From: an uncultured Candidatus Saccharibacteria bacterium
GTDB taxonomy: Bacteria > Patescibacteriota > Minisyncoccia > Phycocordibacterales > PALSA-1337
Assembly (NCBI GenBank): GCA_964543075.1
Contig: CAZIVT010000002.1
Location: 3,089 to 67,088, forward strand
Reading direction: 5' to 3'
Length of the DNA stretch: 64,000 nt
A program made the translations under genes and the position numbers. A model generated the notes under the pieces. It saw nothing but the letters and a program-made list of their open reading frames with translations. It searched no databases and was not told the DNA's origin. This document shows positions 15,784-24,801 of the stretch, piece after piece. Positions within the stretch are counted from its first letter, which is position 1. Every line of letters begins with the position of its first letter.

Positions 15784-16881
15784 ATGGCCCTCTTTTCCGG
15801 ACTTTTCAAAAAGGACTCCAGTGTGCTCGGCATAGACATCGGATCTTCCGCCATCAAGGTCATCCAGATCAAGAAGAAGCGCGGTCGCGCAGTTCTGGAG
15901 ACCTATGGTGAGCTGGCGCTCGGTCCGTACGCTGGCATCGAAGTCGGCCGCGCGGCGAGCGTGCAGGCTGACAAGATCGTCGAAGCCATCAAGGACATCC
16001 TTCGTGAGTCAAAGACCACGACCGGGCTCTGCGGCGTCGCTTTGCCGCTCTCTTCGAGCTTGATCTCATTCATCTCCGTGCCGCCTGTCCCAGAAAAGCA
16101 GATGAGCGAGGTCATCTCTCTCGAAGCCCGCAAATACATCCCAGTTCCTCTCAATGAAGTCCTGCTCGATTGGTCAGTGATCCCCAAGGAGGACTCCTAT
16201 GTCAGCGAAGACGAATCCGCCAAGCAGGAGAAGCGGGGGAGCGACGTCCTCGTGGTCGCTATCCACAATCAGTACATCAATGACTACCAGTCCATCATCG
16301 GTGGGAGCGGTCTCCAGCCGAGCTTCTACGAGATAGAGATCTTCAGTTCCATACGCGCAGTCGTCGACCAGGGTATCCAGACAGTGATGATCATCGATAT
16401 GGGAGCGCGGTCGACCAAGCTCTATATCGTCGAGCGCGGCATCTTGCGCGCGTCTCATATCATCAACAAGGGCAGCCAAGACATCACGCTGGCTCTCTCC
16501 AAGGCCATGAGCATCACAGTGACCGATGCTGAGACCATGAAGCGCACCTATGGCCTCAAAGGAGGCCCAGAATACAAAGAGCTGACCGAGATCATCACCG
16601 TCAATCTCGATTATATCTTCTATGAGGCCAACGCGACGCTCCTCAACTACCAGAAAAAGTTCAATAAGAACGTCAGTAAAGTCATCCTGACCGGAGGGGG
16701 GGTGCTCCTCAAGGGTTTCACCGATTTGGCGCGCATCGGCTTTCAGACTGAGGTAGTCTACGCGGACCCATTCAGCAAGCTCGAGACGCCAGCCTTCTTG
16801 GCTGACGAGTTCGCTCAGGCTGGGCCGGAGTTCGCGGTGGCTATCGGAGTCGCGCTCCGCAGACTCGGAGAGATGGAGTGA
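15784..16881 (+). CDS. pilM: Type IV pilus assembly protein PilM (actin-like ATPase fold)
   Basis: N-terminus VLGIDIGSSAIKVIQIKK, length and position match PilM. TATACT-N7-ATG lies upstream. Confidence 0.85.
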   Translation: MALFSGLFKKDSSVLGIDIGSSAIKVIQIKKKRGRAVLETYGELALGPYAGIEVGRAASVQADKIVEAIKDILRESKTTTGLCGVALPLSSSLISFISVPPVPEKQMSEVISLEARKYIPVPLNEVLLDWSVIPKEDSYVSEDESAKQEKRGSDVLVVAIHNQYINDYQSIIGGSGLQPSFYEIEIFSSIRAVVDQGIQTVMIIDMGARSTKLYIVERGILRASHIINKGSQDITLALSKAMSITVTDAETMKRTYGLKGGPEYKELTEIITVNLDYIFYEANATLLNYQKKFNKNVSKVILTGGGVLLKGFTDLARIGFQTEVVYADPFSKLETPAFLADEFAQAGPEFAVAIGVALRRLGEME

Positions 16882-16961
16882 CGAGTAGTCAGTCCTTCGT
16901 TATACACACCTCACACTGGCTCTACTCTGGTATAATCATATAGAAACCATCTTACGGAGAT

Positions 16962-17615
16962 ATGGAGACCAAATTCCAGACATCATTCATACCGAAGAAA
17001 CCTCTCACGCTTGCCGGAAGCGGCTTGGGAGGGATCTCTGTCCCTCAGCAGCCCAAGCGACGAGGGACGAGCGTCTTCATGTCCATCGCGGTAATCATCT
17101 TCATCATCTCTCTCGGCGCGGTTGCAGGAGTGCACTTCTGGAAGTCTGTCCTCATCTCGGCTCAGGATAGCTACAAGGTCCAGTTGGCCCAGCGGGAAAA
17201 GCAGTTCAACCTGGCACTCATCGAAGAGCTCAAGCGTCAAGATGTCAAGATCAGCTTGGCTGACCAATTGCTCCGCAATCACCTCGCCATATCCAATATC
17301 TTCGGCATCATCGGCAGCTTCACCATTGAGAACGTCAGGTATCTGTCGCTCGACTTGTCCGCTCCCGCGAACAGCACAGAAGACGTCAAGATCTCGATGA
17401 AAGGGCAGGGATCCAACTTGAGCGCTATCGCGTTCCAGTCGAAAGTCCTCGCGACGCTCGAAGAATACGGCCTCCGTACGATCGTCAGGAATCCCATCCT
17501 GTCCGATCCAGTCCTGGACGCCTCGGGCGCGGTATCGTTTGGATTCACTGCTACGATCAACTCAGGAGCGCTCTCATACGAAAAGAGCGTGACTTCGAGC
17601 GAGTCCGCACCATAG
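16962..17615 (+). CDS. PilN-like bitopic pilus assembly protein
   Basis: Single TM (SVFMSIAVIIFIISLGAVAGV) followed by a coiled-coil and a periplasmic-type domain, directly after pilM. The GGAG 4 nt upstream is a rare SD-like motif in this window. Confidence 0.5.
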   Translation: METKFQTSFIPKKPLTLAGSGLGGISVPQQPKRRGTSVFMSIAVIIFIISLGAVAGVHFWKSVLISAQDSYKVQLAQREKQFNLALIEELKRQDVKISLADQLLRNHLAISNIFGIIGSFTIENVRYLSLDLSAPANSTEDVKISMKGQGSNLSAIAFQSKVLATLEEYGLRTIVRNPILSDPVLDASGAVSFGFTATINSGALSYEKSVTSSESAP

Positions 17616-17622
17616 CAATCCC

Positions 17623-18195
17623 ATGAACAAGAACATCACCGCACTCATCCTGATCATATTGGCCGCTGGCGTGTACTTCACGTATACGCAGGGCAAGCTC
17701 GATGAGCTCAAGTCCATCCGAGAGGTCAACAGCGAGTACTCATCAGCTATCGCCAATGCCGATCAGCTCATCAAGGATCGCGATCGTGTCCTCACTCAGT
17801 ACAATGACATCGCCGCTGATGATCGCGACAGGCTCGACAAGATGATCCCTGACACAGTCGACAACATACGTCTGATCATCGACCTCAATAGCGTCGCTTT
17901 GGATCATGGATTCTCTCTCCGCAACATCAAAGCCGCGGCATCGAGCGACAAGGAGGGAGCTCCGCCGCGCCAGGTACAGTCTGGTTCGCGCGACATAGTC
18001 ATAGCCAATCCTACCCTCGACACGGTGACGGTCACGTTCAGCGTGACCGCGCCATACCAGCAGTTCATCGAGTTCATGCGTTCTCTGGAAGCCAACTTGC
18101 GCGTGATGGATCTGACGCATCTGACCATAGCGGCCAACAGCTCAGGGACGTATGACTTTGGCGTCGAGTTCAAGACCTATTGGCTCCGCGAATAA
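17623..18195 (+). CDS. PilO-like bitopic pilus assembly protein
   Basis: N-terminal TM, coiled-coil (GKLDELKSIREVNSEY...) and a C-terminal alpha/beta domain. Position after pilM/pilN-like. Confidence 0.5.
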   Translation: MNKNITALILIILAAGVYFTYTQGKLDELKSIREVNSEYSSAIANADQLIKDRDRVLTQYNDIAADDRDRLDKMIPDTVDNIRLIIDLNSVALDHGFSLRNIKAAASSDKEGAPPRQVQSGSRDIVIANPTLDTVTVTFSVTAPYQQFIEFMRSLEANLRVMDLTHLTIAANSSGTYDFGVEFKTYWLRE

Positions 18196-18199
18196 CATC

Positions 18200-18532
18200 A
18201 TGAAGAACAAAACCTCATCAAAGAAGACCCTCGTGAGCTCGGTTATCATCATCGTCGCTGTGGCGATCGCGTATTTCTTCTATATGGGCAACAAGGCCCC
18301 CTCCGGACAGTCTCTACTCGAGACGCAGGTGACGCCTGAGGCCAACGCGGCCAGCTCGCGCATACTGGCTCTGCTCAATCAGATCAGATCGCTCAAGATA
18401 GACACGGAGATATTCGATGATCCGGTATATCAGACGCTCATCGATTATTCGGTCGCCATACCAGATGTCCCTGTCGGCAGGCTCAATCCGTTCGCTCCTA
18501 TACCAGGAGTGCCGATAGAAGGGTCAAATTGA
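18200..18532 (+). CDS. Small membrane-anchored protein of the pilus operon
   Basis: Start moved to MKNKTSSKKTLVSSVIIIVAVAIAYFF. No recognisable family. Confidence 0.4.
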   Translation: MKNKTSSKKTLVSSVIIIVAVAIAYFFYMGNKAPSGQSLLETQVTPEANAASSRILALLNQIRSLKIDTEIFDDPVYQTLIDYSVAIPDVPVGRLNPFAPIPGVPIEGSN

Positions 18533-18616
18533 ACGTTGAAAATTGAACGTTGAAGATTAATCCCTCGGGACTAATAGCCGGAATTTTCAATTTTCAATTT
18601 TCAATTTTCAATGCAA
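18527..18616. repeat. Intergenic word-repeat hairpin element H8
   Basis: Left arm is (AATTGAACGTTGAA)x2 and right arm is (ATTTTCA)x4. They are partly complementary (TTGAAAATTGAA versus TTCAATTTTCAA). Confidence 0.6.
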
Positions 18617-18617
18617 C

Positions 18618-20360
18618 ATGTCTGTCCTCGATATCCTACTCCAGAAGAATATCATCACCAAAGATGACGTCCGCGACATCCGCAAGGCGACATCCGCAGG
18701 CAGTCCGCTCGAGGACGCGCTGATCGCCCGTGGGGTCAAACCAGAAGACGTCATCGCGGCCCGCGGTGAATTCCTCAATATGCCCGTCCGTGCGGTAGCC
18801 GAGCAATCGGTCCCTTTTGAAGTGCTCGAGTACATCCCCGAGGAGTCGGCCGTCCACTACAAGTTCGCGCCGCTCGGTCTCGTCGACGGGACGCTCGAAG
18901 TCGGCATCGTCGATCCTGACAACATGGAGGCACGCGACGCGCTGACCTTCTTGGTGGCGAAAAAGAACATCCCATACAAGCTATTCCTCATCACTATCGA
19001 TGACTTCAAGAAAGTGATCGAGATGTACAAAGGCATCACCGGAGAGGTGTCCAAAGCGCTCTCGGAGCTCGAGAGCGAGCTCTCTGTCGATATCTCTGAT
19101 GGCATCAAGAAAGAGGACCTCGCGTCAGAGAAAGGTGGCGGCAAAGGCTCGAGCAAAGCCGAGGATGAGACGCTGATCATCGAGGATGCTCCTGTGGTCA
19201 AGATCGTCGCTACTATCGTCCGGTATGCCGTCGAAGGGGAGGCCTCAGACGTCCACATCGAGCATATGCGCGACAAGATCCGCGTGCGCTTCCGCGTCGA
19301 TGGTGTGCTCAATACGTCGCTCATCTTGCCGCCGCAGGTGCACTCGGCTGTCGTGGCTCGCATCAAAGTCCTCTCCAACATGCGCCTCGACGAGAAGCGC
19401 AAGCCTCAGGACGGACGCTTCTCGGCACGCATAGACGGACGTCGTGTCGATTTTCGTGTCTCTACATTCCCTTCGTATTATGGCGAGAAAGTCGAGATGC
19501 GTATCCTCGACCAAGCAAAGGGTATCCGTACTCTCGACGATATGGGCATGTCCGACAAGAATCTCTCTATGCTCCGTGAGGCGATCAACAAGCCATACGG
19601 CATGATCCTCATCACGGGCCCGACCGGTTCTGGAAAATCCACTACGCTCTACTCTATCCTCGGCGAGGTCGACCGTGAGAGCTACAACGTCCTATCGCTC
19701 GAAGATCCGGTCGAATATCAGATGGAAGGCGTCAGCCAATCGCAGGTTCGTCCGGAGATCGGATATGATTTCAGCTCTGGATTGCGCACGACGCTCCGTC
19801 AGGACCCCGATATCATCATGGTCGGTGAGATCCGCGACAAAGAGACCGCCCAGCTGGCGGTGCAGGCGGCTCTGACCGGTCACTTGGTCTTCTCGACTCT
19901 GCACACCAATGACGCCGCCGGCGTCATACCGCGTCTCATCGATATGGGTGTCGACCCGTATCTGATCGCGCCGACGCTCATCCTAGCAGTCGCGCAACGC
20001 CTCGTAGGACTCTTGCCAAAGGGCGGGGGAGAGCCCATGGCGGTCGATGGCAGTCTCAAAGCGATGATAGACAAGCAGTTCGCTGATCTTCCTGAACAAT
20101 ACAGGCAGGACATCCCATTCACAGATACTGTCAACAAGATCAAACCTACTCCCGAGTGTCCCAAAGGGACGAGGGGCCGTATGGCAGTCTTCGAGATGTT
20201 CACTATGGACAAGGATATCGAGAAAGTCATCCTGACCAATCCGACCGAGACAGAGATCTTCAAGATCGCGCGCGCAAAAGGCATGACTACCCTCAAGGAA
20301 GATGCCATCATCAAGGCGTTCGGCAAAGTGATACCGATAGAGGAGGTCAATAAGCTGTGA
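18618..20360 (+). CDS. pilB: Type IV pilus assembly ATPase PilB (GspE family)
   Basis: T2SSE N-domain, Walker A GPTGSGKST, Asp box, Walker B and His box (LVFSTLHTN). Confidence 0.92.
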   Translation: MSVLDILLQKNIITKDDVRDIRKATSAGSPLEDALIARGVKPEDVIAARGEFLNMPVRAVAEQSVPFEVLEYIPEESAVHYKFAPLGLVDGTLEVGIVDPDNMEARDALTFLVAKKNIPYKLFLITIDDFKKVIEMYKGITGEVSKALSELESELSVDISDGIKKEDLASEKGGGKGSSKAEDETLIIEDAPVVKIVATIVRYAVEGEASDVHIEHMRDKIRVRFRVDGVLNTSLILPPQVHSAVVARIKVLSNMRLDEKRKPQDGRFSARIDGRRVDFRVSTFPSYYGEKVEMRILDQAKGIRTLDDMGMSDKNLSMLREAINKPYGMILITGPTGSGKSTTLYSILGEVDRESYNVLSLEDPVEYQMEGVSQSQVRPEIGYDFSSGLRTTLRQDPDIIMVGEIRDKETAQLAVQAALTGHLVFSTLHTNDAAGVIPRLIDMGVDPYLIAPTLILAVAQRLVGLLPKGGGEPMAVDGSLKAMIDKQFADLPEQYRQDIPFTDTVNKIKPTPECPKGTRGRMAVFEMFTMDKDIEKVILTNPTETEIFKIARAKGMTTLKEDAIIKAFGKVIPIEEVNKL

Positions 20361-20373
20361 TATAATAATACCC

Positions 20374-20799
20374 ATGACTGAACAAACCGTAACCACTGCT
20401 TCCTCTGCGCCGGCTTCGGATGCAAAGAAAGTCCTCCTCGTCGATGACGACAAGTTCCTGCTCGATATGTATGCCATCAAGTTCAGCAAGGCTGGCTACG
20501 AAGTCAAGACGGCAGATGCCACGGACGCGGCCCTCAAGATGCTCCGCGACGGATATATCCCCGATGTGATGCTCGCTGACATCGTCATGCCTGGTCTCGA
20601 TGGTCTCGAGCTGGTCGCAAGTGTCAAGAAGGAGAACTTGATCCCCCAAGCCAAGGTCATCATGTTGACCAATCAGGGCTCTTCCGATGACGTCTCCCGA
20701 GCCAAGAAGCTCAACGTGGATGGCTATATCGTCAAAGCGACGACCATACCGTCGGAGGTGCTCGGTGAAGTGGAGAAGATTATCAGCAGTAAACCGTAA
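20374..20799 (+). CDS. Stand-alone response-regulator receiver protein
   Basis: VLLVDDD...DVMLADIVMPGLDG...VIMLTNQG...GYIVKA are CheY-like receiver residues. It lies between pilB and pilT. Confidence 0.85.
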   Translation: MTEQTVTTASSAPASDAKKVLLVDDDKFLLDMYAIKFSKAGYEVKTADATDAALKMLRDGYIPDVMLADIVMPGLDGLELVASVKKENLIPQAKVIMLTNQGSSDDVSRAKKLNVDGYIVKATTIPSEVLGEVEKIISSKP

Positions 20800-20810
20800 A
20801 GTCAGCCGCG

Positions 20811-20880
20811 TGGTACCTAGTTAGTTCTCGCTACTAGATGCAGAAACTATGTAACTAGGTGCTATGCAACTAAGTAACTA
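20811..20880. repeat. Intergenic word-repeat hairpin element H2 (TCGCTACTAGAT..GCAGAAACTATGTAACT family)
   Basis: The core at 20828..20873 is about 90 percent identical by eye to 33190..33240. Arms GTACCTAGTTAG / CTAACTAGGTGC pair. Confidence 0.7.
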
Positions 20881-20886
20881 CCGTAT

Positions 20887-21945
20887 ATGGACTATAAACA
20901 AGAAATCCAAGAACTCGTCGACCTGGTCTTCAAGGAAGGCGCATCAGACCTGCATCTCTCGACTGGCCGCACGCCGATCATCCGCGTCTCCAGCAATCTG
21001 ATACCGCTCGTCAAGAAACCCACGCTATCTGACGCAGATATGAAGGGCTTCCTCAAGGTATTCCTCAACGAAGAGAGCATCGAGATCTTCCACAGAGAGA
21101 AAGATGTCGACTTTTCATACGGCCTAGACCAGGCGCGTTTCCGTGGCAATGCCTACTATCGTCAAGGCGCTATCTCCATCGCGCTTCGTCTCATCCCCAA
21201 GGCCATACGGACGCTTTCGGAGCTCAACCTGCCTCCTATCCTCGAGACATTCACGAGGAAGCCCCAGGGATTCTTCCTCGTGGTAGGACCGATCGGCCAA
21301 GGCAAGACCACTACGCTGGCTACGCTGGTCGAGATCATCAATCAGACGAGGTCAGAGCACATCATGACCATCGAGGATCCCATCGAGTATCTTTTTGATT
21401 CCAAGAAGTCCATCATCGATCAGCGCGAGGTGCGTTTCGATACGCCTGATTTCCAGACAGCTCTGGTGGCCATGTTCCGTCAGGATATCGATGTCTGTAT
21501 GGTGGGCGAGATGCGAGACAATACCACTGTCGCTACCGCCGTGACCGCCGCTGAGACAGGTCACCTGATCTTCTCGACACTGCATACCAACAATGCCGCC
21601 CAGACGATCAACCGCATCATCGACTCGTTCCCGCCGAGCCAGCAGGATCAGATCCGTATCCAGCTGGCAGGATCCCTGTCAGGCATATTCTCTCAGCGCC
21701 TCATCCCGCGCATCTCTGGCGGACAGATCCCGGCGTATGAGCTTCTCATCAACAACACCGCCGTCGCCAACCTGATTCGCGAGAAGCGCATCCATGAGAT
21801 CAATACCGTCATCGAGACGAGCTCACAGGAGGGGATGATCGACATGAACCGCTCGCTCGCCGAGCTCGCGCGATCCGGAGAGATCACCGTCGAGAACGCG
21901 TATCTCAATTCGCTCAATCCCAAGACGCTCGAACGCATGATGTGA
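20887..21945 (+). CDS. pilT: Twitching-motility retraction ATPase PilT
   Basis: Walker A GPIGQGKTT, and IFSTLHTNNAAQTINRIID is typical of PilT. 352 aa. Confidence 0.92.
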   Translation: MDYKQEIQELVDLVFKEGASDLHLSTGRTPIIRVSSNLIPLVKKPTLSDADMKGFLKVFLNEESIEIFHREKDVDFSYGLDQARFRGNAYYRQGAISIALRLIPKAIRTLSELNLPPILETFTRKPQGFFLVVGPIGQGKTTTLATLVEIINQTRSEHIMTIEDPIEYLFDSKKSIIDQREVRFDTPDFQTALVAMFRQDIDVCMVGEMRDNTTVATAVTAAETGHLIFSTLHTNNAAQTINRIIDSFPPSQQDQIRIQLAGSLSGIFSQRLIPRISGGQIPAYELLINNTAVANLIREKRIHEINTVIETSSQEGMIDMNRSLAELARSGEITVENAYLNSLNPKTLERMM

Positions 21946-21946
21946 T

Positions 21947-22037
21947 GTCAGTCAGATAGTCCATCGGTACATCGTCCAGTAGTCCTCGCTACCGGAATCA
22001 GCAGTAGAGATTATTCGACTGGGAACTATTGAACTGT
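21947..22037. repeat. Intergenic word-repeat hairpin element H3
   Basis: TCCTCGCTACCGGAATCAGCAGTAGAGATTATTCGACTGGGAACTATTGAAC is related to the H1 core (GCTACC..AATC.AG..GCAG..ATTCGACT..GAACTATT). Confidence 0.6.
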
Positions 22038-22065
22038 GATACATGCTCGCGCTATAATTACTCTC

Positions 22066-23277
22066 ATGCTTTTCAACTATGAAGCCATAGACGCGACCGG
22101 AGGCAAGAAGAACGGCTCTATAGATGCCATCAATCTAGACATCGCCATCGCTTCGCTCCAGCGACGCGGGCTCGTACTCACCAATATCAAAGAGGCCGAT
22201 GCCCCGAGCGGCATCCTCTCCGCCAATATCTCCTGGTTCGACCGTGTCTCAGTCAAGGACGTTGTCATCCTGTCCCGCCAGCTGGCGACTCTCTTTGAGG
22301 CGCAGGTGTCGGCGCTCCGCATCTTCCGCTTGCTCGGATCAGAGTCTGAAAATCACGTGCTAGCCAAGAAGCTCACCGAGATCGCCGATGATCTCCAAGC
22401 GGGAAGCTCGATATCCACAGCCCTCTCCAAACATCCCAAGGTATTCAGCGATTTCTATGTCAGCATGGTCAAAGCAGGTGAGGAATCAGGCAAGCTCGAC
22501 GACACCTTCCAGTATCTGGCCGACTATCTCGATCGCACCTATGAGCTCACGTCTCGCGTCCGCGGAGCGCTCATCTATCCGGCGTTCGTGGTCGTGACCT
22601 TCGTCGTGGTCATGATCCTCATGTTCACCATGGTCATCCCCAAGATCAGTGGCATCCTCGTCGATTCGGGCGTGGAGATACCGGTCTACACGCGCGTGAT
22701 CCTCGGACTCAGCAATTTCCTCGTAGAATACGGCTTCATCATCCTCGGCGTCGTCCTCATCGGCGGCTTTTTCCTCATCAGATTCATCCGCACGCCGGTG
22801 GGCAAGGCCGCGTTCGATCGATTCAAGCTCAATATCCCATATGTCAGCGGACTCTATCGCAAGCTCTACCTCTCGCGCATGGCCGACAACATGGCGACCA
22901 TGCTCGGTTCAGGTATCCCGATGGTCCGCGCGCTCGAGCTCACGTCCAATGTCATCAACAACAGCATCTACCAAGGCATCCTGACGGGGTCAGTGGAGAT
23001 GGTCAAGGGTGGTAAGACGCTCTCCGAGTCGCTCTCCGTCGATCCTGACGCTATCCCCGGTATCATGACGCAGATGATGAAGGTGGGTGAGGAGTCCGGC
23101 GAGCTCGGCAGTATCCTCAAGACCGTGGCCAAGTTCTACAGCCGCGAAGTGACCACAGCCGTCGACTCGCTCGTCTCGCTCATCGAGCCGCTCATGATCG
23201 TGCTCCTCGGCGGGGGAGTCGCCGTCCTTCTGGCGTCGGTGCTCATCCCGATCTACAACATCGCCAGCGCGCAGTAG
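22066..23277 (+). CDS. pilC: Type IV pilus platform protein PilC (GspF family)
   Basis: Start moved to MLFNYEAIDATGGKK (TATAAT-N7-ATG). Two GspF repeats and three TM segments. Confidence 0.9.
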   Translation: MLFNYEAIDATGGKKNGSIDAINLDIAIASLQRRGLVLTNIKEADAPSGILSANISWFDRVSVKDVVILSRQLATLFEAQVSALRIFRLLGSESENHVLAKKLTEIADDLQAGSSISTALSKHPKVFSDFYVSMVKAGEESGKLDDTFQYLADYLDRTYELTSRVRGALIYPAFVVVTFVVVMILMFTMVIPKISGILVDSGVEIPVYTRVILGLSNFLVEYGFIILGVVLIGGFFLIRFIRTPVGKAAFDRFKLNIPYVSGLYRKLYLSRMADNMATMLGSGIPMVRALELTSNVINNSIYQGILTGSVEMVKGGKTLSESLSVDPDAIPGIMTQMMKVGEESGELGSILKTVAKFYSREVTTAVDSLVSLIEPLMIVLLGGGVAVLLASVLIPIYNIASAQ

Positions 23278-23281
23278 CAGG

Positions 23282-23325
23282 AACACGCAGGGTAGACCTG
23301 CGTACGCAGGTCTACCCTGCGTGTT
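23282..23325. repeat. REP element copy 1 (44-bp perfect palindrome)
   Basis: AACACGCAGGGTAGACCTGCGTACGCAGGTCTACCCTGCGTGTT, 4 nt after the pilC stop. Confidence 0.9.
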
Positions 23326-23447
23326 ATCCACACCCCTATATTGTGCCGGTTTTGCGGATGGTATAATTATCCCTAACAAACCTTAATTTGAGAAAGGGAT
23401 GTTGTTACATATAAATTATCAATAGTTATCACGTAAATTTCATAATC

Positions 23448-23975
23448 ATGAAAAAGTTTACACAGAAAGGCTTCACCCTCATCGAACTCCTCGTGGTGAT
23501 CGCCATTATCGGTATCTTGTCGTCTGTTGTGTTGGTCTCCCTCAATAGTGCTAGGAGCAAGGGTGGGGATGCAGCTATACAAGGGAATTTGAATGCAATT
23601 AGAACTCAAGCTGAACTCTGGGCAAATAATCAGTCGACACCAACATATGCTACAACGGCTTTTGCGGCGGCGGCATGTCCAGGTACTACACAAACAGGAA
23701 ATATTCTTAATGATTCAACCATAATAAGCGCGATTAATGGTGCAAGTACTCAGGCAGGGGGTAGTGATAACAGTGACACCCGTTGCGCGGTCCGTTCAAA
23801 TGGATGGGCAATAGCCTCTCAACTTAAATCAGGTGGTACTGCAGGAGACTCAACACCAGATGCATGGTGTGTGGATAGCAGCGGAATCGCGAAACCCTAC
23901 ACGTATACATCTGGACAGACGATTGCGAATACGATCACTGATAACTCTTCTGGAAATACAGCATCCTGTAATTAG
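23448..23975 (+). CDS. pilA: Type IV major pilin
   Basis: Prepilin leader MKKFTQKG followed by FTLIELLVVIAIIGIL, and C-terminal Cys residues. Confidence 0.85.
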   Translation: MKKFTQKGFTLIELLVVIAIIGILSSVVLVSLNSARSKGGDAAIQGNLNAIRTQAELWANNQSTPTYATTAFAAAACPGTTQTGNILNDSTIISAINGASTQAGGSDNSDTRCAVRSNGWAIASQLKSGGTAGDSTPDAWCVDSSGIAKPYTYTSGQTIANTITDNSSGNTASCN

Positions 23976-24003
23976 TTGAGATTGTTCAATTTATCGAAAC
24001 TTC

Positions 24004-24030
24004 CCACCCCGCCCCAAGCGGGGTGGTTTC
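24004..24030 (+). terminator. Hairpin terminator after pilA
   Basis: CCACCCCGC-CCCAA-GCGGGGTGG followed by TTT. Confidence 0.55.
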
Positions 24031-24044
24031 GCGTTATGCATGAT

Positions 24045-24082
24045 CCGCAGGGTAGACCTGCGTACGCAGGTCTACCCTGCGG
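24045..24082. repeat. REP element copy 2 (38-bp perfect palindrome)
   Basis: CCGCAGGGTAGACCTGCGTACGCAGGTCTACCCTGCGG. It overlaps the last codons and the stop of the RAYT ORF. Confidence 0.9.
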
Positions 24083-24659
24083 GGACTGCGAGGATTCGAT
24101 AGGTGATGATGCTTGTTTGACTTCGGGACTCCCCCAAGTAGTCCTTGAAACTCGAGTACTCATATGATTTTGAATACTCTATAGCCTCGCCCAAATACTC
24201 CGTTTTGGCAGTTTTCGTCATGTCTGGTTGGTCTATTCCATATGGATTGAGATGAACGTATTGGACCAGATATCGCAGATACTCATCGGAGTCTACATGT
24301 TTTGATCTATACTGGCCTTGGAATATAGTGCCCGAATGGTCGTATTTCTTGTTGTAGTACATGGCATATGAGGTGCAGAGCCTCTGCATGAACTTTTCCA
24401 CCCCTCTTTCTGTCGTCTCGCGCATTCCGATATGAAAATGATTGGGCATGAGGCAGTAGCAGAATATATCCGTGAGCGTATCACGTTCAAACCGAAACAT
24501 ATCTGTCGGCTTTATTGTACGCAGGTCTACCCTGCGGGTGTGGTTATTCATGACGTACAGTAGTTGCAAAAACCTCATATAATCGGATGTGTCATGGAAA
24601 ATAGGCGCTTTGTGAGCACCTCGGTTATATACATGGTAGTGTTCTCCGATGATATGCAT
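24072..24659 (-). CDS. REP-associated tyrosine transposase (RAYT, IS200/IS605 Y1 TnpA-like)
   Basis: YHVYNRG, HUH motif CLMPNHFHI, and catalytic-Tyr region YLRYLVQYVHLNP. It is flanked by REP palindromes. Confidence 0.85.
   Translation of the reverse strand: MHIIGEHYHVYNRGAHKAPIFHDTSDYMRFLQLLYVMNNHTRRVDLRTIKPTDMFRFERDTLTDIFCYCLMPNHFHIGMRETTERGVEKFMQRLCTSYAMYYNKKYDHSGTIFQGQYRSKHVDSDEYLRYLVQYVHLNPYGIDQPDMTKTAKTEYLGEAIEYSKSYEYSSFKDYLGESRSQTSIITYRILAVPAG
24518..24537. repeat. Half REP inside the RAYT coding sequence
   Basis: TACGCAGGTCTACCCTGCGG, translated on the minus strand as TRRVDLRT. Confidence 0.7.
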
Positions 24660-24668
24660 GATCTGCAG

Positions 24669-24690
24669 TCCGCAGGGTAGACCTGCGTAC
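24669..24690. repeat. Half REP upstream of the RAYT start
   Basis: TCCGCAGGGTAGACCTGCGTAC is the left half only, 10 nt upstream of the RAYT ATG. Confidence 0.75.
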
Positions 24691-24801
24691 AGTACGATAT
24701 CAAAAGCAGATAAAATCCAGATAAAATAAGTATAAAGTTTTACTAAAGTTTTCCCCCTATATCTGATGATTGCTTGTCATACGTCGTGGTATAATTCATT
24801 T

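Noticed and set aside
18581-18612. (ATTTTCA)x4 and other short tandem arrays as a CRISPR array
   Set aside because: The units are 6-14 nt with no spacers and no cas genes. They form the arms of intergenic hairpins.
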